This document shows positions 10,774-20,794 of a DNA stretch of 64,000 bases, piece by piece. The stretch covers positions 64,001 through 128,000 of the forward strand of contig CAWDSQ010000001.1 in the NCBI GenBank assembly GCA_963804955.1, read 5' to 3'. The notes beneath the pieces were generated by a model. It saw only the letters and a program-made list of their open reading frames with translations. It was not told where the DNA came from and did no database searches. The position numbers and the translations under genes are program-made. The first letter of the stretch is position 1. Each line of letters starts with the position of its first letter. The stretch is from an uncultured delta proteobacterium. Its GTDB lineage: Bacteria > Desulfobacterota > WTBG01 > CAIYCZ01 > CAIRTM01.

Positions 10774-10810
10774 TTGACAAAAATAGTGTAACCATATATA
10801 GTTACACTAT
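10774..10810 (+). promoter_or_regulatory. Sigma-70 promoter of hicAB with overlapping palindromic operator; probably leaderless
   Basis: TTGACA(10774)-17 bp-TATAGT(10797); perfect 10-bp IR ATAGTGTAAC-N8-GTTACACTAT; ATG 6 nt after the -10 box and no SD sequence. Confidence 0.8.
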
Positions 10811-11060
10811 GAGCATAGAAGAAAAACTGCTGGCAAAAATTCGCAATAATCCTGATGGCATATCATTTAAAGAGCTGTGTTCGGCCCTCGGACATTGCGG
10901 CTGGGTGCTCGATCATCAAACCGGAAGTCATTTAATATGGCATTCGCCCGCCGGGTTCAGATTGCCGTTGCAAAAGCGGCCCGACGGCAAGGCCAAGGGT
11001 TATCAGGTGAAGCAATTTATCGACCAGTACGCAAGGGAGACAGGTAATGAAAAAAAGTAG
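10809..11060 (+). CDS. hicA: HicA-family toxin
   Basis: 83 aa, ISFKEL...GSH...KGYQVKQ; overlaps the hicB start. Confidence 0.88.
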   Translation: MSIEEKLLAKIRNNPDGISFKELCSALGHCGWVLDHQTGSHLIWHSPAGFRLPLQKRPDGKAKGYQVKQFIDQYARETGNEKK

Positions 11061-11394
11061 ATTCGACGGCTACAGTGTAAACCTTTACCAGGATGAGGAC
11101 GACGACTGGCTGGCGCATTTCATAGAGCTGCCCAATGTGTCAGCCTTTGCGGATTCCCCGGAAGGCGCATTGAAAGAGCTTGAAACGGCATGGGAAGGCG
11201 TCAAAAAAAGCTACCGCAAGCATGGTGAGCCTGTGCCTGTTGCGCCATCACGCAGAAAGTACAGTGGGCAGTTTAATGTACGGATCAACAAGACGCTGCA
11301 TCGGGCTCTGGCTGTGGAGGCTGTACGTGAGGGCGTGAGCCTGAATGCACTGGTAGCGAAAAAGCTAGAGCTGGCTGCGATGACGCCGCGGTAA
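11047..11394 (+). CDS. hicB: HicB-family antitoxin
   Basis: ELPNVSAFADSPEGAL N-terminal domain and the RHH signature YSGQFNVRI...LHRALA...GVSLN. Confidence 0.9.
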   Translation: MKKSRFDGYSVNLYQDEDDDWLAHFIELPNVSAFADSPEGALKELETAWEGVKKSYRKHGEPVPVAPSRRKYSGQFNVRINKTLHRALAVEAVREGVSLNALVAKKLELAAMTPR

Positions 11395-11443
11395 TAACAG
11401 TCAGGCATACGCGGGGTAGGTGGAACCCAACACTACAGAATAT

Positions 11444-11713
11444 ATGAAAAAGAAAAAACCGGCACGAACCAGCCGTGAGTTCGATCAACGCTTTGATGAT
11501 GGCGAAGATATTCACGATCTTCTGAACATGTCAAAGGCCGCCAACATCAATCATGGCAAAAAGGTCAGAATCACCCTTGATATGGCCGAATCGCTTGTCA
11601 AAGAGATTGACGAAATTCGGGCACGAATCGGCGTTGACCGTGGTGCCCTTATAAAGATATGGCTGTACGAAAAGATACAGTCTGAAAAAGCCCTGAAGTC
11701 TGCCGGGTTGTAG
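11444..11713 (+). CDS. CopG/BrnA-like antitoxin (no intact cognate toxin upstream)
   Basis: EFDQRFDDGEDI...RITLD...GVDRGALIKIWL. Confidence 0.7.
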   Translation: MKKKKPARTSREFDQRFDDGEDIHDLLNMSKAANINHGKKVRITLDMAESLVKEIDEIRARIGVDRGALIKIWLYEKIQSEKALKSAGL

Positions 11714-11738
11714 GGCCGGGAGGGTGGTGAGGATCATC

Positions 11739-12002
11739 CCCGAGGCACCGTTTCAGTTTGCCCTGCTCTCAGGCGCACCGCTCATTATCTTTTTTGTGAA
11801 CCGCCTGGGCAACGGCAGATACCATTCCACGCTCTTCCCGCCATATTCGGTTGCGGCAGCATCCCGCAGCGCGCGCGCGGAAGCCATCCGCCAGGCCGCG
11901 CAGCAGTATGCCGATATCCTGGAGACCATGGTGAGGCGGTATCCCTTTGAGTGGTATCACTTTGAGCGGCTTATTGAGGTAAGCGGCGGACATACTTCGT
12001 GA
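11739..12002 (+). pseudogene. Duplicated 3' fragment of the acyltransferase (direct repeat copy 2, 11739-11978)
   Basis: Translates IPEAPFQFALLSGAP...YPFEWYHFER and lacks the catalytic N-terminal two-thirds. Confidence 0.9.
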
Positions 12003-12355
12003 ATCCACATCACGATCTGTCATGCCGCGCAAAAAAGTAAAAATTTTTTAACGCCAAAACAGGCACTTGAATTTTTTGTAGACAAGCACTGGCGCAAAAT
12101 GTAGTTATCAAGAGAACAAAGAGGAACAGCGCTTTAATCTTAAAGTTCCCTAGCATATACCACCATTTTACCCGGCACCGTTTGTTATGGTTTCCAGATT
12201 GAGGTTAAGGAAATCAGGTTTTTTAAAAAGGAACTGGTCTCATAAACTTGATTAGTGATTGAAAGCTTAGAGGGAAGACAAAAGTCGGAAGGGGGAACTT
12301 CACGGCATACTCTCCTCAGGTCGTAGGGCAATTGTTGCTTTAAGGATAACAAAAC

Positions 12356-14281
12356 TTGCTGGGATTGGAGCAGTTTAGGCATGCAAATTTTTTTTACAGC
12401 CTTTTTTTTCTGTTTTTATTCTCGGCCTGCTGGCTCCTGGCCCACCGCATGTGGCGCCGAAATTTTTTGTTGTGTGGCCCCTTGGCGATGGGAATCCTTG
12501 TTGGCCTCCAATCCGTTTTGCTTAACCTTCTCTCTCCGTTCTGTGCCGTGTCCCAACTCTCGCTGTTGGGCGGCAACATGCTTTTCATCATGGCCGTCAT
12601 TTTTGCCGAGATCCGTCGCGTAGGAGCAAAAGGCGTGTTGCAGAAATACGGCGACCTTCTTAAATGCCAGGTGGATCTGTGGACCGGCCGGTCCAACCCA
12701 TTAGCCTTGTTCGTTGCACCGCTTTTGATCATACTGCTTTGCACGGCCTTAGTGTATCCGCCCAACAACTTTGATAGTATGACCTATCACATGGCCCGCG
12801 TCGTCTACTGGATCCAAAATGGTTCCGTGGCCTATTACCCAACACCGTATGACCCGCAGAATCTAATGAGTCCCGGCGCGGAGTACGTTATCCTGCTTTT
12901 GCAATTGCTTTCCGATACTGACGTCTTCGCCAATTTGGTTCAGTTTTTATCGTTTTATTTACTCATTTCGGCCATGCCATCCTTTTTGCGTCTCCTTGGA
13001 ATACGCAGACGCATCGCCAACTGGGGCCTCATTCTTGCCGCTACTCTGCCCATGGGCGTTTTACAAGCGACCAGCACTCAAACGGATCTAGTTGCAGCCT
13101 GTTTGGGCCTGGCCCTGTGTGCCGGGGCTCTGCGGCTATGGCATAAAACTTTGCGTGAGAAAAGGTCGAAGCTCGATATCATGGCTCTGGCGCTCATGCT
13201 GGCAACGGGCTTTCTTGTTAAGCCGACATCGATCGTGGCGGCATTTCCCTTTCTGATAATGGCAGCCATGTGTTACGGAATGAACTTGATCCGCCGGCCG
13301 AAATTGTGGGGCAGGCAGGTCATAAATCTGCTGTTGGGAGTGCTTGTGGTCTCGGCCATCGCCGGACCTGATCTGTATCGGAAAAAAGAGGCCTCTGGTT
13401 CGTTTACGGGGTCTCGTGGGGAGGCGTTTCCGTTGATTGGAGAATGGAAACAGAAAGTTTTGAACCCGGTGGAATGTATTACATTCCATGTTATCCCCAC
13501 GGAATGGTTTTATAAAAATATCGTAAAGCCGTTCGGCGGTTTCTTGAAATGCCCGACTTTTCCTCAACCTGCGCATATGTTTCGTCTTCATGAAGATTTT
13601 GTTGGCAATTGTTTCCACATGATTTTTGCGGGGGTTGCAATTCTGCTGTTTTTATTCCGTTTTCCGTGGATTCCGCGTCCGGCAAGATGGAGTGTTTGTT
13701 TTGTGTGCGTCTCCTGGATTTTTCTGCACGTCACGGTTCGTTACCAGCCGTTTATTCCCCGCCTGGAAACGCCGGTTTTTATGCTGTTCCCCTGCTTTTT
13801 AGCCGCTTGGGCCCCAATCCCAAAAGTTCGACTGGTTCGTTTCTTTTTTGCGGCTATTTTAATCGTCAGCACCATGGCCTGTCTTTCTTACGGGATTATA
13901 GCGGCAGTCCGCAACGAAACTCGTCCTTTGAAATTGACCGACTTTTGGCTGCTTGACCGAGATTCTTCTTATTATGCGAACCTGACAGCTTGGAAGCCGA
14001 AGCATGATGCGGTCATTGAAGCGGTGCAACAAATGAAGGTTAAAAAGGTTGGCTTGCTAATCGGCCCGGATTATGATTATCCTTTAACCTGGCGCCTATA
14101 TCGCATAAGCGTTGAGGTGCGGCACGTAGCCGGATATTGGGATCTGGAGTGGGCAGATATAGTGTTTGCCCCTAAAAGCAGGCCGCCGGCGACAAAAGAG
14201 TGGCCAGTGTATAGGGGAAATTATTCAATACTGATTAACCCGCAATTCGAGAAAAAAGCATTGAAGGAAAATGCACCATAA
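12356..14281 (+). CDS. Polytopic membrane glycosyltransferase, GT-C/ArnT-PMT-like
   Basis: Many hydrophobic segments with PPNNFDSMTYH, QATSTQTD and DYDYPLTW; start uncertain (TTG). Confidence 0.7.
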   Translation: MLGLEQFRHANFFYSLFFLFLFSACWLLAHRMWRRNFLLCGPLAMGILVGLQSVLLNLLSPFCAVSQLSLLGGNMLFIMAVIFAEIRRVGAKGVLQKYGDLLKCQVDLWTGRSNPLALFVAPLLIILLCTALVYPPNNFDSMTYHMARVVYWIQNGSVAYYPTPYDPQNLMSPGAEYVILLLQLLSDTDVFANLVQFLSFYLLISAMPSFLRLLGIRRRIANWGLILAATLPMGVLQATSTQTDLVAACLGLALCAGALRLWHKTLREKRSKLDIMALALMLATGFLVKPTSIVAAFPFLIMAAMCYGMNLIRRPKLWGRQVINLLLGVLVVSAIAGPDLYRKKEASGSFTGSRGEAFPLIGEWKQKVLNPVECITFHVIPTEWFYKNIVKPFGGFLKCPTFPQPAHMFRLHEDFVGNCFHMIFAGVAILLFLFRFPWIPRPARWSVCFVCVSWIFLHVTVRYQPFIPRLETPVFMLFPCFLAAWAPIPKVRLVRFFFAAILIVSTMACLSYGIIAAVRNETRPLKLTDFWLLDRDSSYYANLTAWKPKHDAVIEAVQQMKVKKVGLLIGPDYDYPLTWRLYRISVEVRHVAGYWDLEWADIVFAPKSRPPATKEWPVYRGNYSILINPQFEKKALKENAP

Positions 14282-14942
14282 AATCCAATAACGTCCGGCT
14301 GCGGCGGATGTGGTCAAAAAGCCTGCACGCAGAAGTTGTTTCTGAAAATGACGGTATGAGAATAAAATAGGGGGACAAACAGTCCCAACGCCTTCGGCAA
14401 CGGCAAAGAGATTGCAGAGCAGAAACCTTTCGTATCAGAACCGAAGACTGACATCTACTTCGTCAATGCTGCCATTTCTGTGAACTGGGGGGGAACCAGA
14501 ACAGCAATAGGTTGCTGCAGCAGGTCAAGGCCACTCTCTGACGCCAAAACAGCCGCTTAAATTTCTTCAATATTCGTTAGGCTCAAACAGCCCCCGATTT
14601 TCATGGGTTCTTCCGGGAACACGCTGCGGGGTCAGGGAATGTCTGCCGGGGCAAAAAAAACAGTTTGGAGTCAAAAATAAAATTGCTAATTGAGTTTTTT
14701 CAGGATATTAATTAAATAGTTGAATTGTTTCAGTTTCTAACCAAAAGCCATCAGGCAAGAACTGTTTATGAACGTGCATAAGCTTGTTCACAACGGCCTG
14801 CTGTTTTTTATTTATTTGTAATCGGTTAATCGAAGGCAGGACCTTCAATTAACCGTTGGGATAAGCACACACCAAACCATAATGTAATGCCACACACACC
14901 GGGAGGTACGTATGAGAGAGAGACAAATGCTTTCGTCTGCTT

Positions 14943-16661
14943 ATGACCGCAGTCATTTTTACTTGGTGCCTCAGCGGTTTGCTGATTACTACGCAGGCCC
15001 GGGCCACAACCGACCCATGGCTTTCATGGAGGCATGATCTGCAAAATACCGCAGCAGTGCCTGACCGGGGCTATCCGATCAGCGCAAAACTGCTGTGGGA
15101 CCGCCCCCGTGGCAATGAGGCCGCCACAACTATGCGCGCGCGCTGTTCGACACCCGTAGTTGTGGGCAACGATATCGTATTTACAACAGGCAACGGAGGA
15201 GTTGTTGAAGCCCTCGATCAAAAAACCGGGGCGTTAATCTGGACAAAAACATATACCTGGATCCCCACACCACCCGAACCAGAGGATGCGAAGCCGGACT
15301 GGTGCCAGGGTTCTACCCCCAATCTCGAGACCAACCTGGGCGTCTGCGCCAACATAAGCGGGGACTGCCCGGACTGGTGCTATGAGTGCAAGTCAACACC
15401 AAACGATTGCACAGCCACATCCTTAGTAAACCCGCTGCAGTTTCCTCCTACTGCCGGGGTTTTTGTTGCAGGCGCCACCATTGATGCCGAAGGTGACCGT
15501 GTTTATTATGGAACCATGGATGGCAGGTTTATTGCTACGAAGCTATCTACTGGAGATCAGGTATGGGAAAAGCAGCCCTGGAAAGAGCCGGGCGGGCCAA
15601 ACGAAGGCAGGAAATGGTATGATCAGAAATTTGCCTGGCATCTGTCTCCGCCGTCCGTATCCGATGGCAAGCTGTTCTTCGGGTCTTTTCTGCCGAGCTT
15701 TTACTGGGTGTTCAAGGCATTCCCGTTTATCCTCGATGCCAACGGCCACAGCATTCCCGGCTGGCCGTCATTTGAAAAAGACTACAAGATGTACTGGGTA
15801 GGCCGCGACGGCTTTACCTACGCTGCCGACAAAAACACCGGCGATATTCTGTGGACCTGGGACCCCGGCGGATGCGGTGTAACCAACATTCCCCCGGTTG
15901 CTGACGGCAAAGTATTTTTCAATGCTGATACCGTTATTGACTATCACTATGGCCAGATGGCGGCCTGTGATGTGAACACCGGCGAAAAGCTCTGGCATGT
16001 GGGCCCGATCCCCCTGGCGCAGGGCGGCAACCCGTCCATTTCAGTGCCGCATAATACTATCTTTTATCCTGAAGGAGATGGCGCAATATGGGCTGTAGAC
16101 CTGACCACGGGCCAGGTCAAATGGACCTATCACGGCGGGTTCAGCGTCAAGGGCGCCACCGGCTGCGCCTCCTCTCTGGCAATTGATGAGCGCCGCGGCT
16201 GGGTGCTCGGGGCTTCCGATACGGGGCACATATTCGTGCTGTGTATGAAGACCGGCCGGTTGATCAGAGAAACGTATATGGGCTTGCCGAACTGGAAGCC
16301 CAAAGACGGGCAGCCAAGAGACGGCTACTGGTTCCCCGGCGCCAGCGCCATGGCGATAGTTCCAGCCCAGGGGCTGCTCTACATAAGCGGCACCGACTTT
16401 GCTCAGGCATGGCAGGAGAGCGGCACCAAAGGCAGGGAAAAGCTTTTCTGCTTCAACTATGCTGCATGGGCTAACACCATAAAGCAGGTCTGGGATTATC
16501 AGTTTATAGCCGACGATGGCAGCGAGCTTATCGTCAAGGGGCATTCTCCGTACCAGGTATCTTTCTACACCCTGGGCTCGGTTGCCCTGGCAGACGGCCA
16601 TGTCTACTACGGTTCCTATAACGGACACGTCTACTGCTTTGGCAACGGTTTCAGGAACTAA
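14943..16661 (+). CDS. Exported PQQ-like/BamB-type beta-propeller repeat protein
   Basis: Signal peptide; repeated ALDxxTGxxxW units; Cys-rich insertion; true start may be the ATG at 14912 (SD GGAGG) with a frameshift. Confidence 0.8.
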   Translation: MTAVIFTWCLSGLLITTQARATTDPWLSWRHDLQNTAAVPDRGYPISAKLLWDRPRGNEAATTMRARCSTPVVVGNDIVFTTGNGGVVEALDQKTGALIWTKTYTWIPTPPEPEDAKPDWCQGSTPNLETNLGVCANISGDCPDWCYECKSTPNDCTATSLVNPLQFPPTAGVFVAGATIDAEGDRVYYGTMDGRFIATKLSTGDQVWEKQPWKEPGGPNEGRKWYDQKFAWHLSPPSVSDGKLFFGSFLPSFYWVFKAFPFILDANGHSIPGWPSFEKDYKMYWVGRDGFTYAADKNTGDILWTWDPGGCGVTNIPPVADGKVFFNADTVIDYHYGQMAACDVNTGEKLWHVGPIPLAQGGNPSISVPHNTIFYPEGDGAIWAVDLTTGQVKWTYHGGFSVKGATGCASSLAIDERRGWVLGASDTGHIFVLCMKTGRLIRETYMGLPNWKPKDGQPRDGYWFPGASAMAIVPAQGLLYISGTDFAQAWQESGTKGREKLFCFNYAAWANTIKQVWDYQFIADDGSELIVKGHSPYQVSFYTLGSVALADGHVYYGSYNGHVYCFGNGFRN

Positions 16662-16735
16662 GCAGCAGCGAATGCTTCGCAGACTGCGCGATGGGGCTGC
16701 GTCGAGGGTCTGATAGTTAACCAGAGGTTTTATAG

Positions 16736-16787
16736 AAAAGTCGGCTTTCAGGTCAATACGTCACCCGGCAGGGAAGCCGACTTTTTT
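16736..16787 (+). terminator. Probable intrinsic terminator
   Basis: AAAAGTCGGCTT ... AAGCCGACTTTTTT. Confidence 0.6.
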
Positions 16788-16806
16788 ACTTGAACGGACC
16801 ATTACC

Positions 16807-17598
16807 ATGCACAGAGTTTTTTATTGCACCTGCGTTCTTGCCCTGCTGATAAACGGGTGCAAACTCCTTCCGGCGACTGAAGGCAGAAAAGATTTCAATG
16901 AAGCAGTAATCCTTTACAAAAAAGGTGACTGCGAAAATGCTTCCTTGAAATTTACCGAAGCCCTGCAGAAGGATGCTGATCTCCGGGAGTGCTATGTGTA
17001 TCTGGCAGAGTGCAGCCTGAAACAGGGGAACCCGGAAGCTGCTTTAAAATCAGCTGAGCAGGCCATGGCCGGCGGGGCAAAGGATGCCGACGTCAGCAGC
17101 AGGCTGAAAACTGTTTTGACTGCCGGCGGCCAGAGCGCCATTGACAAGAAGCAGAGTGACCTTGCGGTCCGGTTTTTCCAGGACGCAGTAACCCTTGATC
17201 AAAACGACTGTCGACTGCACCTCTGGCTGGGCAAAGCGCTGCTGGAGCGGGGCAATAAAGAGGACATGAAGGCGGCCATCATAGAATTTAAAACTGCCGT
17301 AAGCGCATCGGCCAGTCCCGCGCAGACTACGGCGCTGATACGCAGCGCCCTGTTCGCGCGAGCTGAACAGTATGCCGCTCAGGGCGATACGTATACGCAA
17401 TCCCGGTGCTACCTTGCCTATACGGAAAACTTCAACAAGGATGATGTCGAGGCCTGCGTAAATCTCGGAAAACTGTTTTACCAGACGGACAACCCGATAG
17501 GGGCTCTGCACTATGCGAAAAAGGCCTATGCCCTGGACCCTGAAAATAAAGCGGCCATGGAGCTCATATATGAGTTGAACACCCCCATGCAGCATTAA
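16807..17598 (+). CDS. TPR-repeat lipoprotein
   Basis: Lipobox-like LINGC and multiple TPR-like helices (LGKALL, AYALDPEN). Confidence 0.8.
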   Translation: MHRVFYCTCVLALLINGCKLLPATEGRKDFNEAVILYKKGDCENASLKFTEALQKDADLRECYVYLAECSLKQGNPEAALKSAEQAMAGGAKDADVSSRLKTVLTAGGQSAIDKKQSDLAVRFFQDAVTLDQNDCRLHLWLGKALLERGNKEDMKAAIIEFKTAVSASASPAQTTALIRSALFARAEQYAAQGDTYTQSRCYLAYTENFNKDDVEACVNLGKLFYQTDNPIGALHYAKKAYALDPENKAAMELIYELNTPMQH

Positions 17599-17734
17599 GG
17601 GGTATTGCTGTTGCGCAGATGACGCGTGACCTTGATCCCTCTTTAGTTTTTTTGTTGGTGGAATCAGCAAGTGCTTACATCCCGGAAGCGGGGACGCAAC
17701 AATAAAACAATGCTGTAATGAAAGGGAAAATACC

Positions 17735-18461
17735 ATGAAAAAAAAATCGGCACTAACGGCGATAGCGCTCTGTACGCTTTTGTTTATTCCCTGCCTGGCA
17801 TCGGCAGCCCCCAACTGTCCGCTCTGGCTTGGAACATGGGAGGTGAAATACGCCGACAACAGCACGCGAATCTGGAAAATTTATGAAGCAGATAATGATA
17901 CGGGGAGCTCCTATGTCCTGTGCGAGGCCTTAGGCTACAGTGAAACACCAGCCGGAACCGATCAAGTTCTTTTTAAGATTATTTATATGACTTTTACCAA
18001 CACGTATTCCTATACCGAGGCAACAGAGTTTAGTTCAAGCATGCCAAGCAGGGAAATGGATGTGAACGGCGCAGGTGATAATTTTACATCGCAAGCGGGT
18101 GGACAATATCCTGTGGAAAGCGGAATAAAGACCAGCTCCGTGGTTCCTCCCCCTCCAATTATCACGACAACGACAACACAACACCACACCAGTGACCTGC
18201 GCACTGGAAATTTTTCCAGAATCAATTCACAGCAGGCGCCTGGGACGTTTGGGTATGTTTATCGTGAGTGAAGGGGAAGATGCGGAATTTGAAAGAGGTA
18301 ATCGGGTTGATTGGGGAACCGACGATATCAATACAATTTTGCAATTCAGACTCCCGCGGCGCATCTTCTCGCTTGCATGGATACAAGCAAATGCTGCAAT
18401 TGGAGAGTATCAAGTTACGGTTGGCGATGATAACTGCACGGGTACGCTTGAGATAAAATAA
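17735..18461 (+). CDS. Exported hypothetical protein with Pro/Thr linker and C-terminal beta domain (frameshift ~18180)
   Basis: Signal peptide ending ASA; PPPPIITTTTT linker; continues in ORF 18192..18461. Confidence 0.65.
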
Positions 18462-18999
18462 GCAACCTCGGTACGGAGGCTTTAAAAGGAACGCAAAAAG
18501 AGCGTTCGGGCCCCCTGCTTTTTTCCATTTTTGCAATGTACTATTACCCCAACGCCGGCAGCCTCAATGCAGCCCTTGATAGGAGACCGACGCTGGGGGC
18601 AGTGACTCGCAGGGTGCGTGAAGGGATTGCGCCGATGGGAGGAAAGAAGGAAGAGTAAGTCTGAAGAAACATCTTTTAAAACAAGAAGAGCCTGACTGCT
18701 CGATATGGCGGCCAGGCTTTTTTATTGTCTTCAGAAAAACATCGCCTGTGGGGATGGTTCCTGATGAAGGCAAAACAAACACTGCGTGTTTTTGCTTACG
18801 CCCTTTGAGGGCGAAATCAGGCCGCCCGCTATGCGGTTGGTTGTTGACTTAAAGACACCAGCACGTGACGTACCTGTGAAATGTCACCACTGGTGATGAC
18901 ACTGATTGCATTTCCCGGGAGGCCATTAAAAATTTCGTACACAGAGTATGCGCTTTGTTTACCTGCGTATGGTACAAGCAAAAAGGAACATGCTCTGGT

Positions 19000-19830
19000 T
19001 CAAATTGGCTTGAGCAGAAGAGCCAGAGCCGGCCCGTTCGGGTGCAATGGCTCATCGAAAGCCACGTCCTCAATCCAGTATCCTGCAGATTCCGCCGCCG
19101 CTATCAAATCCTCGCGTGACAGCCACTCCGAGTAGGGAGCGTTGCCGCCCCAGAATCCTGCAGAGAGAATCGACCGTTTGTACTCGTGGCGATGCAAGAC
19201 GATTGTTTTGCCCGAGGGAAGAGAGATTTGCCGGGTTGAAGAAAAATTCCTGTGCAATTCGAGATGATCAATGCGAATCCGATCCGACCAGATCATTGTC
19301 CAGACCATCACGGGTCCGCGGCAGGCCCTTCGCAACAGCGGAAATAATTGATGTGGATCGCGAAGGTGGTACAGGACCCCACAGGCAAGACTGAAGTCGA
19401 AAACTTCCTGCGTCTCCTCCAGATAACGGACGAAGTCACCCAGCAGAAAATGTACCTTTGACAGGCCAAGGGTTTCCTTGACCGCGAGGCACTTGAGCCA
19501 GGCGCGCCCATTGGACTCAACCGCAACAACCTGTCTGGCGCCGGCCTGCTCCAGCATGCAGGAATGCCCGCCCTCCAGGGGCCCCAACTCCAGAACCCTG
19601 GCGTTTCGCACACCGGAGATGCTTTTCAGGAACCAGTGGATGCGGTCATCATCAAACAGGCTGCTTGCACCGGACTTAACGCCGGGAATGGGGAGTTCGG
19701 ATGCCCATCCGCCTTCGAAAAGACTGACCATATGCCTGGGTGAGGGGGCACTCGTCACGAAATGATCGGGAACCGCAGTGCCTGACACTCTCTGGACAAT
19801 ACGCTTGCCGAGGTTGCTCACGAGACGCAT
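19000..19830 (-). CDS. Class I SAM-dependent methyltransferase
   Basis: VLELGPLEGG and CGVLYH motifs. Confidence 0.8.
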   Translation of the reverse strand: MRLVSNLGKRIVQRVSGTAVPDHFVTSAPSPRHMVSLFEGGWASELPIPGVKSGASSLFDDDRIHWFLKSISGVRNARVLELGPLEGGHSCMLEQAGARQVVAVESNGRAWLKCLAVKETLGLSKVHFLLGDFVRYLEETQEVFDFSLACGVLYHLRDPHQLFPLLRRACRGPVMVWTMIWSDRIRIDHLELHRNFSSTRQISLPSGKTIVLHRHEYKRSILSAGFWGGNAPYSEWLSREDLIAAAESAGYWIEDVAFDEPLHPNGPALALLLKPI

Positions 19831-19922
19831 ACAAGCTCCTTGTTGTATAACGGAGAAAAGCGGGGCATACGCCCGGTATTTGTTTTGCTGACAGCACCGT
19901 AGTGAAAGTGAAGCGGCATCGC

Positions 19923-20789
19923 CTAGCGTATACTATGCTTCATCAGGGCAGACATATATCCCCGCAGGGCGTTCCAGTTTTTGAACCGGATTGTGCGCAC
20001 GCATGCCCGCAGAAAAAGCACCGGCTGCTTTATACAGAGCGCAGCCAGTTGTGCGGGTGCATACCCGAACAGTTTTCGCGCAAGCAGCAGATGCCCCCGG
20101 TTGACCTGCATTTCGTAAAACAAAGAATTCTGTACCGATGCAGCCCCCGTCTTATGATAGATAAGCGCTTCGGGTACTGTGCCGATACGAAAACCGCCCT
20201 GTGCCGCACGATGGCAGAACTCCACATCCTCGCCGTACATGAAAAAAGCTTGATCAAAAAGCCCGATACTTTCAAAAACGCGCCGACGGACCAACAGGCA
20301 GCAGCCGGGCAGATAAAAAATACTGCCCGGGATTCTTCCGGCGCCGAGTATTCCTGTCCAGGCATTATAATAATTGCCCTGGGACCAAAGTATGTGCTGC
20401 TCCGGATAGCGGTAGATAACCGGAGAGGCGAGGTCAAGGGCTCTGTCTTCAGCGCCTTTGATAAGGTTCTGCATGAGATCGGGCGGCAGCACCGTGTCAT
20501 TGTTCAGAATAACGAAGCCATCAAAGCCAAGGGGCAGCATGCTGCGCAGCGCAAAATTTACCCCTCCGGCAAAACCAAGATTTTCCCCGGTTTGCACAAT
20601 CTCAACTTGTACCTGCCCGCCCAGGGCATCCTGCAGATTTTTCAGCTCTGCAGGATCGCCGGAGTTCTCAACGACGCATATCCGGTCAAGGGGCTGGCCA
20701 AGAAGGCTTTTCACGCAGGGGACAGTGTCTTTGCAGCCGAAATAATTCAGGACAATGGCACACAGCTTCACAGTCTTTGAACTTTGCAT
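19923..20789 (-). CDS. Family 2 glycosyltransferase (WbbL/rhamnosyltransferase-like)
   Basis: IVLNY, ENLGFAGGVN, LNNDT and FFMYGEDVEF. Confidence 0.9.
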   Translation of the reverse strand: MQSSKTVKLCAIVLNYFGCKDTVPCVKSLLGQPLDRICVVENSGDPAELKNLQDALGGQVQVEIVQTGENLGFAGGVNFALRSMLPLGFDGFVILNNDTVLPPDLMQNLIKGAEDRALDLASPVIYRYPEQHILWSQGNYYNAWTGILGAGRIPGSIFYLPGCCLLVRRRVFESIGLFDQAFFMYGEDVEFCHRAAQGGFRIGTVPEALIYHKTGAASVQNSLFYEMQVNRGHLLLARKLFGYAPAQLAALCIKQPVLFLRACVRTIRFKNWNALRGYMSALMKHSIR

Positions 20790-20794
20790 AGGTA

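Noticed and set aside
9916..11978. Diversity-generating retroelement VR/TR pair
   Set aside because: The differences are not confined to adenines of either copy (several T/C changes), and no reverse transcriptase is present.
12356..14281. PglB/STT3 oligosaccharyltransferase
   Set aside because: No WWDxG motif and only a small C-terminal soluble domain.
14380..14585. Integron attC site (CGTTAGGC near 14575)
   Set aside because: No matching R''/L boxes at a plausible distance, no cassette array and no integrase.
17660..17705. c-di-GMP-I riboswitch (GGGACGCAA)
   Set aside because: The GGCAAAC..GAAA first stem and the second hairpin are not present.
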